Positions 27,415 through 27,800 of a stretch of DNA of 27,800 bases are shown here, piece by piece. Positions within the stretch are counted from its first letter, which is position 1; each line of letters begins with the position of its first letter. Both the position numbers and the translations under genes were made by a program. The DNA comes from Bdellovibrionia bacterium (GTDB taxonomy: Bacteria > Bdellovibrionota > UBA1018). Under the pieces are notes generated by a model, which worked only from the letters and a program-made list of their open reading frames with translations, did not search any database and was not told the origin of the DNA. The DNA lies in contig JBMSSC010000021.1 in NCBI GenBank assembly GCA_049424145.1, forward strand, positions 1 through 27,800, given 5' to 3'.

Positions 27415-27800
27415 ATGCTTTCCCTCATTCCTTTGTTTCCTTTCATTGGGTTTTTAATCAACGGTTCCTGGTATGCTTTTGGGCAATCCCAGGTGGGTCA
27501 AAAAAAATCAGGATCCTTGATCCCAGGGGTCATTGCAACAGTGGCCATCTTGGCCTCTTTTGTGATCTCTGTGACGCTTTTTCTTGAGCTTCAAGGGTTG
27601 GACTCAGAGCACCGAATCTTGGAACAGGTGCTTTTTCCTTGGATCACAGTGGGTTCATTGAATCTTAATTTCGTGCTGCGAGTGGACTCCTTATCCACTT
27701 TGTTCACGCTGGTGATCACCGGAGTAGGCACGTTGATCCATCTGTACTCGATTGGGTACATGAGCCACGATTAAACGCCCGGGAAGTTTTTTTCCTACTT
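27415..27800 (+). CDS. nuoL: NADH-quinone oxidoreductase subunit L (set 2), 5' part, interrupted by an in-frame TAA at 27772-27774
   Basis: LIPLFPFIGFLING, PWI, VDSLS, VITGVGTLIHLYSIGYMSHD; the same frame after the TAA reads TPGKFFSY, matching the NuoL consensus (RFFAY). Confidence 0.9.

Noticed and set aside
27772..27774. Stop-codon reassignment or Sec/Pyl recoding
   Set aside because: The codon is TAA (not TGA or TAG), and TAA terminates many genes normally in this window.
1..27800. CRISPR arrays, tRNA/rRNA genes, IS elements, prophage
   Set aside because: None seen; the window is almost fully protein-coding with intergenic gaps under ~115 bp.

Overview
Bacterial chromosomal window with about 50% GC. 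The gene content suggests Bdellovibrionota/Oligoflexia or a related former deltaproteobacterium (inference only). The left third, on the - strand, is mfd - parvulin PPIase - surA-like - phosphomannomutase/phosphoglucomutase - uvrA (uvrA runs off the window edge). A ~75 bp divergent intergenic region with a near-consensus sigma70 promoter precedes two back-to-back complex I (nuo) gene sets on the + strand. Set 2 (19039-27800, nuoA-L so far) is a conventional complex I with the expected catalytic motifs, except for an in-frame TAA early in nuoL. Set 1 (8946-19004; A,B,C,D,H,I,J,K,L,M,N; no E/F/G) is the highlight. All 11 ORFs are intact and near full length, and the Fe-S ligands for N2, N6a and N6b are kept. 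However, nearly every residue known to be required for quinone reduction (NuoD His/Tyr/Asp) and proton translocation (charged axis of NuoA, H, J, K, L, M, N) has been replaced. It looks like a maintained, catalytically rewired or 'pseudo' complex I beside a working one. UvrA also lacks its insertion domain. All alignments were done by eye against the in-window paralogs or recalled E. coli/T. thermophilus motifs.
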